A DNA stretch of 32,000 nt from Demequinaceae bacterium (GCA_965250005.1 OZ252279.1:150001-182000); one strand, 5' to 3'; numbered from the stretch's first letter, positions 15,746-23,117 are shown. The notes: generated by a model not told the origin, from the sequence alone. Translations and numbers: made by a program.

Positions 15746-17233
15746 ATGACTGCTTCTGACACGCACTTCCTTGACTATGCACCCGCGAAGCAGTCGGCCT
15801 CGCTCCTGCACCTCAAGAAGAGTTACGGGCTGTTTATCGACGGCGACTTCGCGCCGGGCAGCGGCAAGTCGTTTGCGACCATCTCGCCCGCAACCGAGGT
15901 GAAAATCGCGGACGTCGTCGCGGCCGATGCGCAGGACGTGGACCGAGCAGTCGCAGCGGCCCGCGCTGCCTACATCGGCACTTGGTCGAAATTCAGCGGA
16001 GCCGATCGCGGCAAGTTTCTTTTTCGCATCGCCCGCCTTGTTCAGGAGCGGGCCCGCGAGCTCGCCGTGGCAGAGAGCCTCGACAACGGCAAGCCGATCA
16101 AAGAGAGTCGGGATGTCGACGTTCCGCTCGTCGCGGCATGGTTCTTCTATTACGCGGGCTGGGCGGACAAACTCGACCACGCCGGTGTCGGACCGAACCC
16201 GCGCGCACTGGGAGTGGCCGCCCAGGTCATCCCCTGGAACTTTCCGTTGCTCATGCTTGCGTGGAAAATCGCACCGGCGCTCGCGGCAGGCAACACCGTC
16301 GTGATCAAGCCCGCTGAGACCACGCCCTTGTCCGCGCTTATCTTCGCCGAGATACTGCAGCAGGCCGACTTGCCAGCGGGAGTGGTCAACATCATCACGG
16401 GGGCTGGCGAAACCGGCGCCCTGCTGGTCAACCACCCCGACGTAAACAAGGTCGCGTTTACCGGGTCGACGGCGGTCGGAAGGGCGATTGCGAAGTCGAC
16501 AGCGGGGACGGGCAAGAAGCTCACTCTCGAGCTGGGCGGCAAGGCGGCAAATATCGTGTTCGACGACGCCCCGCTCGACCAAGCGATCGAAGGGATCGTT
16601 AACGGCATCTTCTTCAATCAGGGGCATGTCTGCTGTGCCGGATCGCGCCTGCTCGTCCAGGAGAACATTGAAACCGAGGTAGTCGAGCGGCTCAAAGAGC
16701 GGCTGCAAACTTTGCGGCTGGGCGATCCGCTCGACAAGAACACCGATATCGGCGCTATCAACTCCCGCGAGCAACTGGACCGCATCCGCGAGCTTTCCGA
16801 CGTTGGGGAGGCTGAGGGTGCTGTGCGCTGGAGCGCGCCGTGCGAGATCCCGGCCAAGGGTTTCTGGTTCGCGCCCACCATCTTCACGGGCGTCGAGACG
16901 AGCCATCGCATAGCCAGGGACGAGATATTCGGACCGGTGCTGAGCGTGCTGACCTTCCGTACGCCCGGAGAGGCGATCGCTAAAGCGAACAACACGCCCT
17001 ACGGCCTCTCTGCCGGGATATGGAGCGACAAAGGAGCCAAAGTTCTCGCGGTGGCTGACAAGCTTCGCGCCGGTGTCATCTGGGCGAATACGTTCAACAG
17101 GTTCGACCCTGCCTCGCCCTTTGGCGGCTACAAGGAGTCCGGCTACGGGCGCGAGGGTGGAAAACACGGCTTGGCGGCGTATCTCACGAGCGCGGCTCCG
17201 GCGGCCACACGTCGGAAGGAAGGATCACGATGA
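15746..17233 (+). CDS. aldehyde dehydrogenase family protein (full length, catalytic residues present)
   Basis: 495 aa with VIPWNFPLLM, FTGSTAVGR, the general-base Glu context LELGGKA, the catalytic Cys context NQGHVCCAGSR, and EIFGPV. Confidence 0.9.
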   Translation: MTASDTHFLDYAPAKQSASLLHLKKSYGLFIDGDFAPGSGKSFATISPATEVKIADVVAADAQDVDRAVAAARAAYIGTWSKFSGADRGKFLFRIARLVQERARELAVAESLDNGKPIKESRDVDVPLVAAWFFYYAGWADKLDHAGVGPNPRALGVAAQVIPWNFPLLMLAWKIAPALAAGNTVVIKPAETTPLSALIFAEILQQADLPAGVVNIITGAGETGALLVNHPDVNKVAFTGSTAVGRAIAKSTAGTGKKLTLELGGKAANIVFDDAPLDQAIEGIVNGIFFNQGHVCCAGSRLLVQENIETEVVERLKERLQTLRLGDPLDKNTDIGAINSREQLDRIRELSDVGEAEGAVRWSAPCEIPAKGFWFAPTIFTGVETSHRIARDEIFGPVLSVLTFRTPGEAIAKANNTPYGLSAGIWSDKGAKVLAVADKLRAGVIWANTFNRFDPASPFGGYKESGYGREGGKHGLAAYLTSAAPAATRRKEGSR

Positions 17234-18084
17234 GCCACGTCGCTGTCCCCAAGACGTACAAGCTCTATATCGGCGGCAAGTTTCCCCGGAGCGAATCCGG
17301 CCGCGTCTATGAGGTGACGACGGCGAAGGGTGCGTTTATCGCCAACGCTGCCATGGCATCGCGCAAGGACGCCCGCGATGCGGTCACGGTCGCTCGCGCC
17401 GCGTTCTCCGCATGGGCTGGGGCAACCGCCTACAACCGTGGCCAGGTGCTCTACCGCATTGCCGAATTGCTCGAGGGCCGTCGCGCCCAGTTTGTAGAAG
17501 AACTGTGCCTGACTGACGGAATCGCCGTTTCGGCGGCTGGAAAGCAGGTCGACGCTGCGATTGACACGTGGGTTTGGTACGCGGGTTGGGCGGACAAATA
17601 CGTGCAGGTGGCTGGCAACGGAAACCCGGTGAGCGGCCCGTACTTTAACATCTCCACCCCGGAGCCGACGGGGGTCGTTGCCATCATCGCGCCGGAGCAG
17701 CAGGGGCTTCTCGGATTGGTGAGTGTCATCGCGCCCGTGATCCTCAGCGGCAATACGGTTGTCGTGGTCGCGAGTGAGAAATCACCGCTGAGTGCGATCA
17801 GTCTCTCGGAGGTGTTCGCAACCAGCGACGTGCCGGCCGGAGTGGTCAACGTGCTCACCGGTTCTGCGGCCGAGATCGCGCCGTGGCTCGCTAGCCACGG
17901 CGATATCAACGCGATTGATCTGGCTGGTGCCGAATCGATGGACTGGATCGACTTGCAGATCGCTGCGGCCGACACGCTCAAGCGGGTGCTGCCGCCCGAG
18001 GGCGGGGTGCCGGAGCAGAGCGTGGCGCGCGTCGCTTTCTTCACCGAGACGAAGACCGTCTGGCACACCAAAGCCCTCATCTGA
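17230..18084 (+). CDS. aldehyde-dehydrogenase-like protein lacking the catalytic domain (NAD-binding half + C-terminal strand only)
   Basis: The 284-aa ORF aligns by eye with the upstream ALDH from the N-terminus to the ELGGK-equivalent position (here TLKRV). It then jumps to a C-terminal FFTETKTVWH end. No Cys occurs at the catalytic position; the only Cys is in ELCLTDG. The ATGA start overlaps the upstream stop. Confidence 0.75.
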   Translation: MSHVAVPKTYKLYIGGKFPRSESGRVYEVTTAKGAFIANAAMASRKDARDAVTVARAAFSAWAGATAYNRGQVLYRIAELLEGRRAQFVEELCLTDGIAVSAAGKQVDAAIDTWVWYAGWADKYVQVAGNGNPVSGPYFNISTPEPTGVVAIIAPEQQGLLGLVSVIAPVILSGNTVVVVASEKSPLSAISLSEVFATSDVPAGVVNVLTGSAAEIAPWLASHGDINAIDLAGAESMDWIDLQIAAADTLKRVLPPEGGVPEQSVARVAFFTETKTVWHTKALI

Positions 18085-18128
18085 GGCTTGTCGAGTACAT
18101 CGACGGCGATGCGGTGGCGCTCATCGGC

Positions 18129-18330
18129 CTAACTGACGGCTACGTGTAGGTTCGTCAACTCCATGCCCAACGTCGCCCGTGCGTCGGCTTCGAGCAAGGC
18201 CCGCGTGTTCTCGCGGCGGGGGCCGCCACCGCGACGTTGCAATTCACGCGGACGATCGCCTCCGGATAGGCCTTGACTTTCGGTTCGGTGCCTGATTGCC
18301 GGACGATCACGCGGGGGGACCGATTCGGTT
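18129..18330 (-). pseudogene. remnant of the C-terminal domain of an alpha-D-phosphohexomutase (phosphoglucomutase/phosphomannomutase family), frameshifted
   Basis: The minus-strand translation contains RVIVRQSGTEPKVKAYPEAIVRVN. The SGTEPK codons are at 18278-18295, and [R]xSGTEPxxK/R is the hallmark loop of domain 4 of this family. A plausible continuation, ...ENTRALLEADARATLGMEL, lies in another frame after a C-run. There is no room upstream for the ~400 aa of domains 1-3 because xerC occupies that space. Confidence 0.45.
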
Positions 18331-18503
18331 GCGAGGTGGCGCCTGGGCATGGATCGCAGCGCCGCGATAACGGGCCCCGCGGCGGCGTTATCGGCACAGA
18401 AATCGGAAATAACATACCAAGACCCCCCATAATCTCGATAATGATGTGACAAATGTGACTCAGGGGGTTGATTTGACGGGTGGGACGGTGCGAGGGTGGC
18501 GTC

Positions 18504-19484
18504 ATGTCCGCGACTATGACGACGCGAGCGAGTGACCTGCTCGACTCTTTCGACAGATTCCTGCGCCACGAGCGTGGGCTGTCCGTCAACACCGTGCGCG
18601 CCTACACTTCTGACGTTCTTCACCTCGCCGAATACGTGGCACAACTCGCGGGGTCCGACGCCGACCGGGACGCGGAGCAGGCCGCGTTGCTGAAAGAAGA
18701 CTCGACCGACAGAGTGCTGGAGCGCGTCGATCTTGCGGCCCTGCGAGCGTGGCTCGCGGCTCAAGCGGCGGGTGGTCTCACCCGCACGACCCTTGCGCGC
18801 CGAGGCGCCGCGGCCCGAGCTTTCTACGCGTGGGCCTGCGAGGCGGGAAAGGTCACCGCCAACCCCGCGATCCGGCTCGCGTCAGCCCGCGCCGCCATCA
18901 CTGTGCCGTCTGTGCTCACCCCCGAGGATGTTGAGGCGATGCTCAACAGCGCGAAGGAGCGCGCAGAGGAATCGGAAGACCCGCTCGACACCCGCGATTG
19001 GGCGGCCGCCGAGTTGCTCTACGCCACCGGCATGCGCGTCGGCGAACTCGCCACCATCGACATGGGAGACCTCGATCTTGCGACGCGGTTGGTGCGGGTC
19101 ATGGGCAAGGGCAGCAAGGAGCGAATGGTGCCGTTCGGCGTCCCCGCCGCCAGCGCCCTCTCCGCATGGATTGACTCCGGGCGTCCGCGCATCGTGCGGG
19201 CCGCCACCGACTCCGCACTTTTCTTGGGTCGCCGTGGAAGCCGCGTCGACCAGCGCCAGATTCGCGAGGCCGTGCACTCGTTGGGCGCTGCGGTTGGCCT
19301 GGAGGACGTGGCGCCCCATGCGCTACGCCACAGCGCTGCTACGCACTTGGTGCACGGCGGATCCGATCTTCGCTCAGTTCAGGAAGTGTTGGGGCACGCC
19401 AGCCTCAGCACCACGCAGAGATACACGCATGTGTCCGCCGATCGCCTCCGGGCGTCCTACCAACTCGCGCACCCGCGCGCTTAG
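18504..19484 (+). CDS. xerC: tyrosine recombinase XerC
   Basis: It has an N-terminal SAM-like domain (FDRFLRHERGLSVNTVRAYTSDV) and the catalytic blocks ATGMRVGEL, HALRHSAATHL and LGHASLSTTQRYTH. ATG 18504 lies ~7 nt after GAGGG. The track ORF starts at GTG 18480. Confidence 0.9.
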   Translation: MSATMTTRASDLLDSFDRFLRHERGLSVNTVRAYTSDVLHLAEYVAQLAGSDADRDAEQAALLKEDSTDRVLERVDLAALRAWLAAQAAGGLTRTTLARRGAAARAFYAWACEAGKVTANPAIRLASARAAITVPSVLTPEDVEAMLNSAKERAEESEDPLDTRDWAAAELLYATGMRVGELATIDMGDLDLATRLVRVMGKGSKERMVPFGVPAASALSAWIDSGRPRIVRAATDSALFLGRRGSRVDQRQIREAVHSLGAAVGLEDVAPHALRHSAATHLVHGGSDLRSVQEVLGHASLSTTQRYTHVSADRLRASYQLAHPRA

Positions 19485-19492
19485 GGAGAGTC

Positions 19493-20332
19493 ATGTCAGA
19501 CCTCAACTCCGTGCTTCAAGAATTCGAGTTTGCGGACGAACCGCTGTTCACGGTCGTCCCGCCCACCTCGGAGCAGGTCGAGGGCTGGTGGAAGGCTCTT
19601 CACGGCCGCCGCAAGGCGCCGGCCGCCCAAGCGCGCGAGGATCTCATCACGCACTACGCGCCGCTTGTCACGAGCATCGCTGGTCGAATGATCGTGCGGC
19701 TGCCCGACTCGGTTGAACTTGGCGACCTGGTCTCCTACGGCATGTTCGGCCTGATTGACGCGATTCAGAAATTCGACCTGGAGCGCGGCTTCAAGTTCGA
19801 AACGTACGCCGCGACTCGGGTGCGCGGCGCGATCATCGACGAAATCCGCTCCACCGACTGGGTGCCGCGCTCGGTGCGCAGCAAAGCCCGGGTAGTGGAG
19901 ACGGCCACCCGCAAGCTCGAGCAGTCGCTCATGCGTCCCGTGAGCGACGAAGACGTCGCTGACATACTCGACTGGGACGTGGCCGAGGTGCGCACGGTCC
20001 GCGCCCAGGTGGCGCTGTCGCACATCGCTGCGCTCGACGGCATCAGCAACGAGGACACGGAACACACCTACGAGCGCACGGCAGCGAGCCTGCGGACTCC
20101 GTCCGCCAGCGAGCCCGTGCATGTGCGCGAAACGCACACGCTGCTGTTCCGGGCGATCGGCGAGGTGCGCGACCGCGAGCAGGAAGTGCTGCGCCTGTAC
20201 TACTTCGAAAACATCACGCTCGCGCAAATAGGCAAGGTGCTAGGCGTAACTGAATCCCGCGTCTCGCAGATTCACACCGCGGCAGTGAAGAAGCTGCGCG
20301 AGTCCCTCGTGAGCACCGGCGCGTTCGACTAA
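19493..20332 (+). CDS. whiG: FliA/WhiG family RNA polymerase sigma factor
   Basis: Region 2 is HYAPLVTSIAGRM...DLVSYGMFGLIDAIQKFD...FETYAATRVRGAIIDEIR. Region 4 HTH is LRLYYFENITLAQIGKVLGVTESRVSQIHTAAVKKLR. The locus (xerC-sigma-M23-rpsB-tsf) matches the Streptomyces whiG neighbourhood from memory. Orthology is not proven. Confidence 0.8.
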   Translation: MSDLNSVLQEFEFADEPLFTVVPPTSEQVEGWWKALHGRRKAPAAQAREDLITHYAPLVTSIAGRMIVRLPDSVELGDLVSYGMFGLIDAIQKFDLERGFKFETYAATRVRGAIIDEIRSTDWVPRSVRSKARVVETATRKLEQSLMRPVSDEDVADILDWDVAEVRTVRAQVALSHIAALDGISNEDTEHTYERTAASLRTPSASEPVHVRETHTLLFRAIGEVRDREQEVLRLYYFENITLAQIGKVLGVTESRVSQIHTAAVKKLRESLVSTGAFD

Positions 20333-20336
20333 CCGT

Positions 20337-20876
20337 TCATTCCACTGGAAGCAGGCGCACGGTACCGTACCCGTGCATCACGTCCAGCGGGTTGATGTAT
20401 TCGCCATAGAGCCTCACGCCCCAGTGCACGCAGGCGCGTGGGGTGCAATGGCCAGGTGCCTCAGCGACCACTCCGATCACGTCGCCCGCGCCCACCACGT
20501 CACCTACGCTCACGTTCACATCGACTGGTTCGACGCTCGACACCAGCCCCGCGCCGTGCGCCACCGTCACCACCCCGCGGTCCACAACCACCCCGGCGAA
20601 CGTGACCGTTCCTGAGCCTGGGCTGAGCACATCCTGGCCCGCACGTGCCTCGAGATCGATTCCGCGGTGCCCCGCTAGCCATCGTTTGGCGGGCCGCTCA
20701 AACAGCCGCTCGGCCCTCACCGGGCTGACAGGTGCGTCAAGCCTCGTGGCTACGTGCGCTCGCGCCCCAGTTCCAGCGCCCGCGTGAGCCCCCGACCCCC
20801 CAAGCGAACCCGCCAACGCAAGGATGAGTGACAACCCGGCCACCCTTGCTGCGCCGGTCGAAACCCGTGTCTTCAT
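20337..20876 (-). CDS. M23 family metallopeptidase (secreted)
   Basis: The signal-like N-terminus is MKTRVSTGAARVAGLSLILALAGSLGG. HRGIDLEA (HxxxD) and the HWGVRL (HxH-type) zinc motifs are present. This is the only convincing minus-strand gene. Confidence 0.85.
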   Translation of the reverse strand: MKTRVSTGAARVAGLSLILALAGSLGGSGAHAGAGTGARAHVATRLDAPVSPVRAERLFERPAKRWLAGHRGIDLEARAGQDVLSPGSGTVTFAGVVVDRGVVTVAHGAGLVSSVEPVDVNVSVGDVVGAGDVIGVVAEAPGHCTPRACVHWGVRLYGEYINPLDVMHGYGTVRLLPVE

Positions 20877-20995
20877 GTGTACAACGTGACCGCACCATCG
20901 GCGCGGCGCGGCCTGCGCTCCAACAAACGGGGGGCGCCGCCCGCGCTCTGACCGCCTGTGGACATCGGGCGGTGCGCGCCCATCCGCCTCTCAGG

Positions 20996-21234
20996 TAAGA
21001 TTCACCCAGCGGTCGGAGAAATCTGACTGACTTCGCGCATCTAATCGCGACCCACGCGCAGCGGCCCTAGGGCCAACGCGAGGGGGTAGCGACGGGGAGG
21101 CGTGGTCCGGACTTGTCCGGTGCCGCCCCGCGTAGATGCCAGGGGCAAGGCCACCTGGCCGTGCCGACAACTCAATGCGGGCCCACAGCCCGCCGCACAC
21201 ACGTGCGCCCGCCACGGGCGTCGAAAGGAATGCC
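20996..21234 (+). promoter_or_regulatory. candidate -10 (TAAGAT 20996-21001) and long hairpin-rich 5' leader of rpsB-tsf
   Basis: TAAGAT fits TAnnnT. Downstream are the GGCCCTAGGGCC palindrome (21063-21074), a nested hairpin (21094-21129), GCCAGG/CCTGGC (21138-21159), GCGGGC/GCCCGC (21177-21193), and CGCCCG/CGGGCG (21206-21220) abutting the SD GAAAGGAA (21223-21230). All were read directly. The regulatory role is inferred. Confidence 0.3.
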
Positions 21235-22266
21235 ATGGCCGTAGTGACCATGCGCCAGATGCTTGACTCGGGTGTCCATTTTGGGCACCAGACCAGCCGC
21301 TGGAACCCCAAGATGAAGCGCTTCATTTTCACCGAGCGCAATGGCATCTACATCATTGACCTGCAGCAGTCCATCCAGATGATCGACGACGCGTTCACGT
21401 TCGTGCGCGACACGGTCGCTCACGGCGGCAACGTGCTGTTCGTAGGAACCAAGCGCCAGGCGCAGGAGCCCATTGCCGAGCAAGCAGCACGCGTCGGCAT
21501 GCCATTCGTGAACGAGCGCTGGCTGGGCGGAATGCTCACCAACTTCCAGACCGTGAACAAGCGCGTCGCGCGTCTCAAGGAGCTCGAAGAGGTTGATTTT
21601 GACGATGTCGCCGGGTCGGCACACACCAAGAAGGAACTTCTCATCATGCGCCGCGAGAAGACCAAGCTCGCCAAGGTGCTCACCGGTATTCGTGACATGG
21701 CCAAGACGCCGTCGATCGTGTGGATTGTCGACACCAACAAGGAGCACCTCGCAGTCGAAGAGGCAGCCAAGCTCGGCATCCCCGTTGTCGCCATGCTCGA
21801 CTCCAACTGCGACCCGGACAAGGTCCAGTACGGCATCCCGTCCAACGACGACGCGATCCGCTCGGTGGGACTCCTCACACGCGTGATCGCCGACGCCGTG
21901 GCCGAGGGCCTCAAGATGCGCCACGCTCCCAAAGCTGAGGACGCCGAGGGTACCGAGGGTGACGCGACCGAACCTCTTGCCGAGTGGGAGCAGGAGCTCC
22001 TGGGTGGCGACACCGAAGGCGACAAGAAGGACGACACGGCCAAGGCTGACGCCAAGGCTGACGCCAAGGCTGACGCCAAGGCTGACGCCAAGGCTGACGC
22101 CAAGGCTGACGCCAAGGCTGACGCCAACAAGAAGCCCGCAGCCAAGAAGGCGCCCGCAAAGAAAGCAGCAGCGAAGAAGGCTGACGCCGACAAGAAGCCC
22201 GCAGCGAAGAAGGCGCCCGCAAAGAAGGCAGCGGCCAAGGCCGCAGCCAAGGCCGACGAGAAGTAA
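21235..22266 (+). CDS. rpsB: 30S ribosomal protein S2 with Lys/Ala/Asp-rich repetitive C-terminal extension
   Basis: [44 protein letters not shown] is the canonical S2 N-terminus. ATG 21235 follows GAAAGGAA. The track ORF start at 21136 adds an implausible Arg/Pro-rich extension. Confidence 0.95.
   Translation: MAVVTMRQMLDSGVHFGHQTSRWNPKMKRFIFTERNGIYIIDLQQSIQMIDDAFTFVRDTVAHGGNVLFVGTKRQAQEPIAEQAARVGMPFVNERWLGGMLTNFQTVNKRVARLKELEEVDFDDVAGSAHTKKELLIMRREKTKLAKVLTGIRDMAKTPSIVWIVDTNKEHLAVEEAAKLGIPVVAMLDSNCDPDKVQYGIPSNDDAIRSVGLLTRVIADAVAEGLKMRHAPKAEDAEGTEGDATEPLAEWEQELLGGDTEGDKKDDTAKADAKADAKADAKADAKADAKADAKADANKKPAAKKAPAKKAAAKKADADKKPAAKKAPAKKAAAKAAAKADEK
22039..22128 (+). repeat. perfect in-frame 12-bp tandem repeat (GCCAAGGCTGAC)x7 plus a partial copy, encoding (AKAD)7 in the S2 tail
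   Basis: I counted seven identical units at 22039-22122, followed by GCCAAC. It is followed by an imperfect 48-nt duplication at 22129-22176 and 22192-22239, encoding [16 protein letters not shown] twice. Confidence 0.95.
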
Positions 22267-22277
22267 GGACACGACAC

Positions 22278-23117
22278 ATGGCTAACTACACCGTTGCAGA
22301 CATCCAGGCGCTCCGCGAGCGCACGGGTGCGGGCATGCTCGACGTCAAGAAGGCTCTCGACGAGACCGATGGCGATATCGATGCAGCTGTCGATGTGCTT
22401 CGCGTCAAGGGACTCAAGGGCGTCACCAAGCGCGAGGGCCGCAGCGCCTCCGAGGGCCTCGTTGTCTCCGAGATCCACGACGGTGGTGCCGGTCAGATCG
22501 GCACGCTGATCGAGATCAACTCTGAGACTGACTTTGTGGCGAAGAACGACAAGTTCATCGCCCTCGCCGAGGACGTCCTCAAGGCCGTTGTCGCGGCCGA
22601 CGCCACCGACGCCGAGTCCGCACTCGCGGCCGACGCCGGAGGCAAGACCGTCCAGCAGCTTATTGACGAGACGGCCGGCGTTCTGAGCGAGAAGATCGTT
22701 CTGCGCCGCGTTGCCCGAGTCGAAGCGCCGGTGGTCGCCACGTACCTGCACCGGACCAACAAGGACCTCCCCGCTCAGGTGGGCGTCCTCGTAGGAGCAG
22801 ATGCTAAGGCTGGCGAGGTAGCACGCGACATCGGCATGCACATCGCGGCATACTCGCCCACGTACCTCAACCGCGATGAGGTCCCTGCTGACACGGTCGC
22901 GCACGAGCGCAAGGTGGCCGAAGAGACCGCGAAGGGTGAGGGCAAGCCTGAGGCTGCCATGCCCAAGATCGTCGACGGCCGAATGACCGGGTTCTTCAAG
23001 GAGAACTGTCTGACAGAGCAGGCTTACGCCAAGGACTCCAAGACCACGGTTGCTAAGGTCATCGAGGCAACCGGCGGCGAGGTTACTGCGTTCGCCCGCT
23101 TCCGCGTGGGAGCCTAA
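22278..23117 (+). CDS. tsf: translation elongation factor Ts
   Basis: The N-terminal UBA-like segment [21 protein letters not shown], the dimerisation and core domains, and the position downstream of rpsB support the call. Confidence 0.95.
   Translation: MANYTVADIQALRERTGAGMLDVKKALDETDGDIDAAVDVLRVKGLKGVTKREGRSASEGLVVSEIHDGGAGQIGTLIEINSETDFVAKNDKFIALAEDVLKAVVAADATDAESALAADAGGKTVQQLIDETAGVLSEKIVLRRVARVEAPVVATYLHRTNKDLPAQVGVLVGADAKAGEVARDIGMHIAAYSPTYLNRDEVPADTVAHERKVAEETAKGEGKPEAAMPKIVDGRMTGFFKENCLTEQAYAKDSKTTVAKVIEATGGEVTAFARFRVGA

Noticed and set aside
15665-17167. Very long antisense ORFs: 15665-17167 (500 aa), 21420-22904 (494 aa), 29607-30947 (446 aa), 10874-11929 (351 aa), 5259-6311 (350 aa), 21172-22272, 4852-5917 and others.
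   Set aside because: Each lies opposite a gene with strong family motifs (ALDH, rpsB/tsf, ispG, yraN/DUF2469, FMN_bind). Their translations are Arg/Pro/Ala/Gly-rich with no recognisable motifs, which is typical of stop-codon-poor shadow frames in GC-rich DNA.
18129-18764. Minus-strand ORFs 18129-18764 (211 aa) and 18155-18592 (145 aa) as intact genes.
   Set aside because: Their 5' portions are antisense to the well-supported xerC N-terminus. Only the 3' ~60 codons carry a family signature (SGTEPK). I interpret them as a pseudogene remnant fused to shadow frame.
18504-19484. Tyrosine recombinase as a possible integrase marking a mobile island (with the adjacent deoC-aldh block as cargo).
   Set aside because: The sequence and the dprA-xerC-sigma-rpsB synteny fit the chromosomal dimer-resolution recombinase XerC. 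I saw no flanking direct repeats or att-like duplications, no tRNA target, and no other mobility genes.
20877-21234. Possible ydaO-type c-di-AMP riboswitch, which often associates with cell-wall hydrolase genes in actinobacteria. Candidate strings were AATCGCGACCCA (~21042-21053) and CCGACAACTCAATGCGGG (~21164-21181).
   Set aside because: The resemblance is limited to short strings. They lie on the + strand, heading towards rpsB and not the M23 gene. The characteristic GGGGACCCA...ACCCGA...CAGCTAACCTCGTAAGCG arrangement is not present. I treated the region instead as an unspecified structured rpsB leader.
21136-21234. N-terminal extensions offered by the ORF track for several genes: rpsB from 21136, FMN_bind A' from 2651, FMN_bind B' from 5361, M50 protease from 28147, ispG from 29463, GNAT from 30766, DivIVA-domain from 26485.
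   Set aside because: The extensions overlap the preceding gene or an intergenic leader, are Arg/Pro-rich, and precede internal starts with good RBS spacing. Those internal starts give N-termini matching known family N-termini.
22039-22128. Regular short repeats that could be mistaken for a CRISPR array.
   Set aside because: The units are 12 bp, directly abutting with no spacers, in frame inside rpsB, and encode AKAD. No cas genes are nearby.
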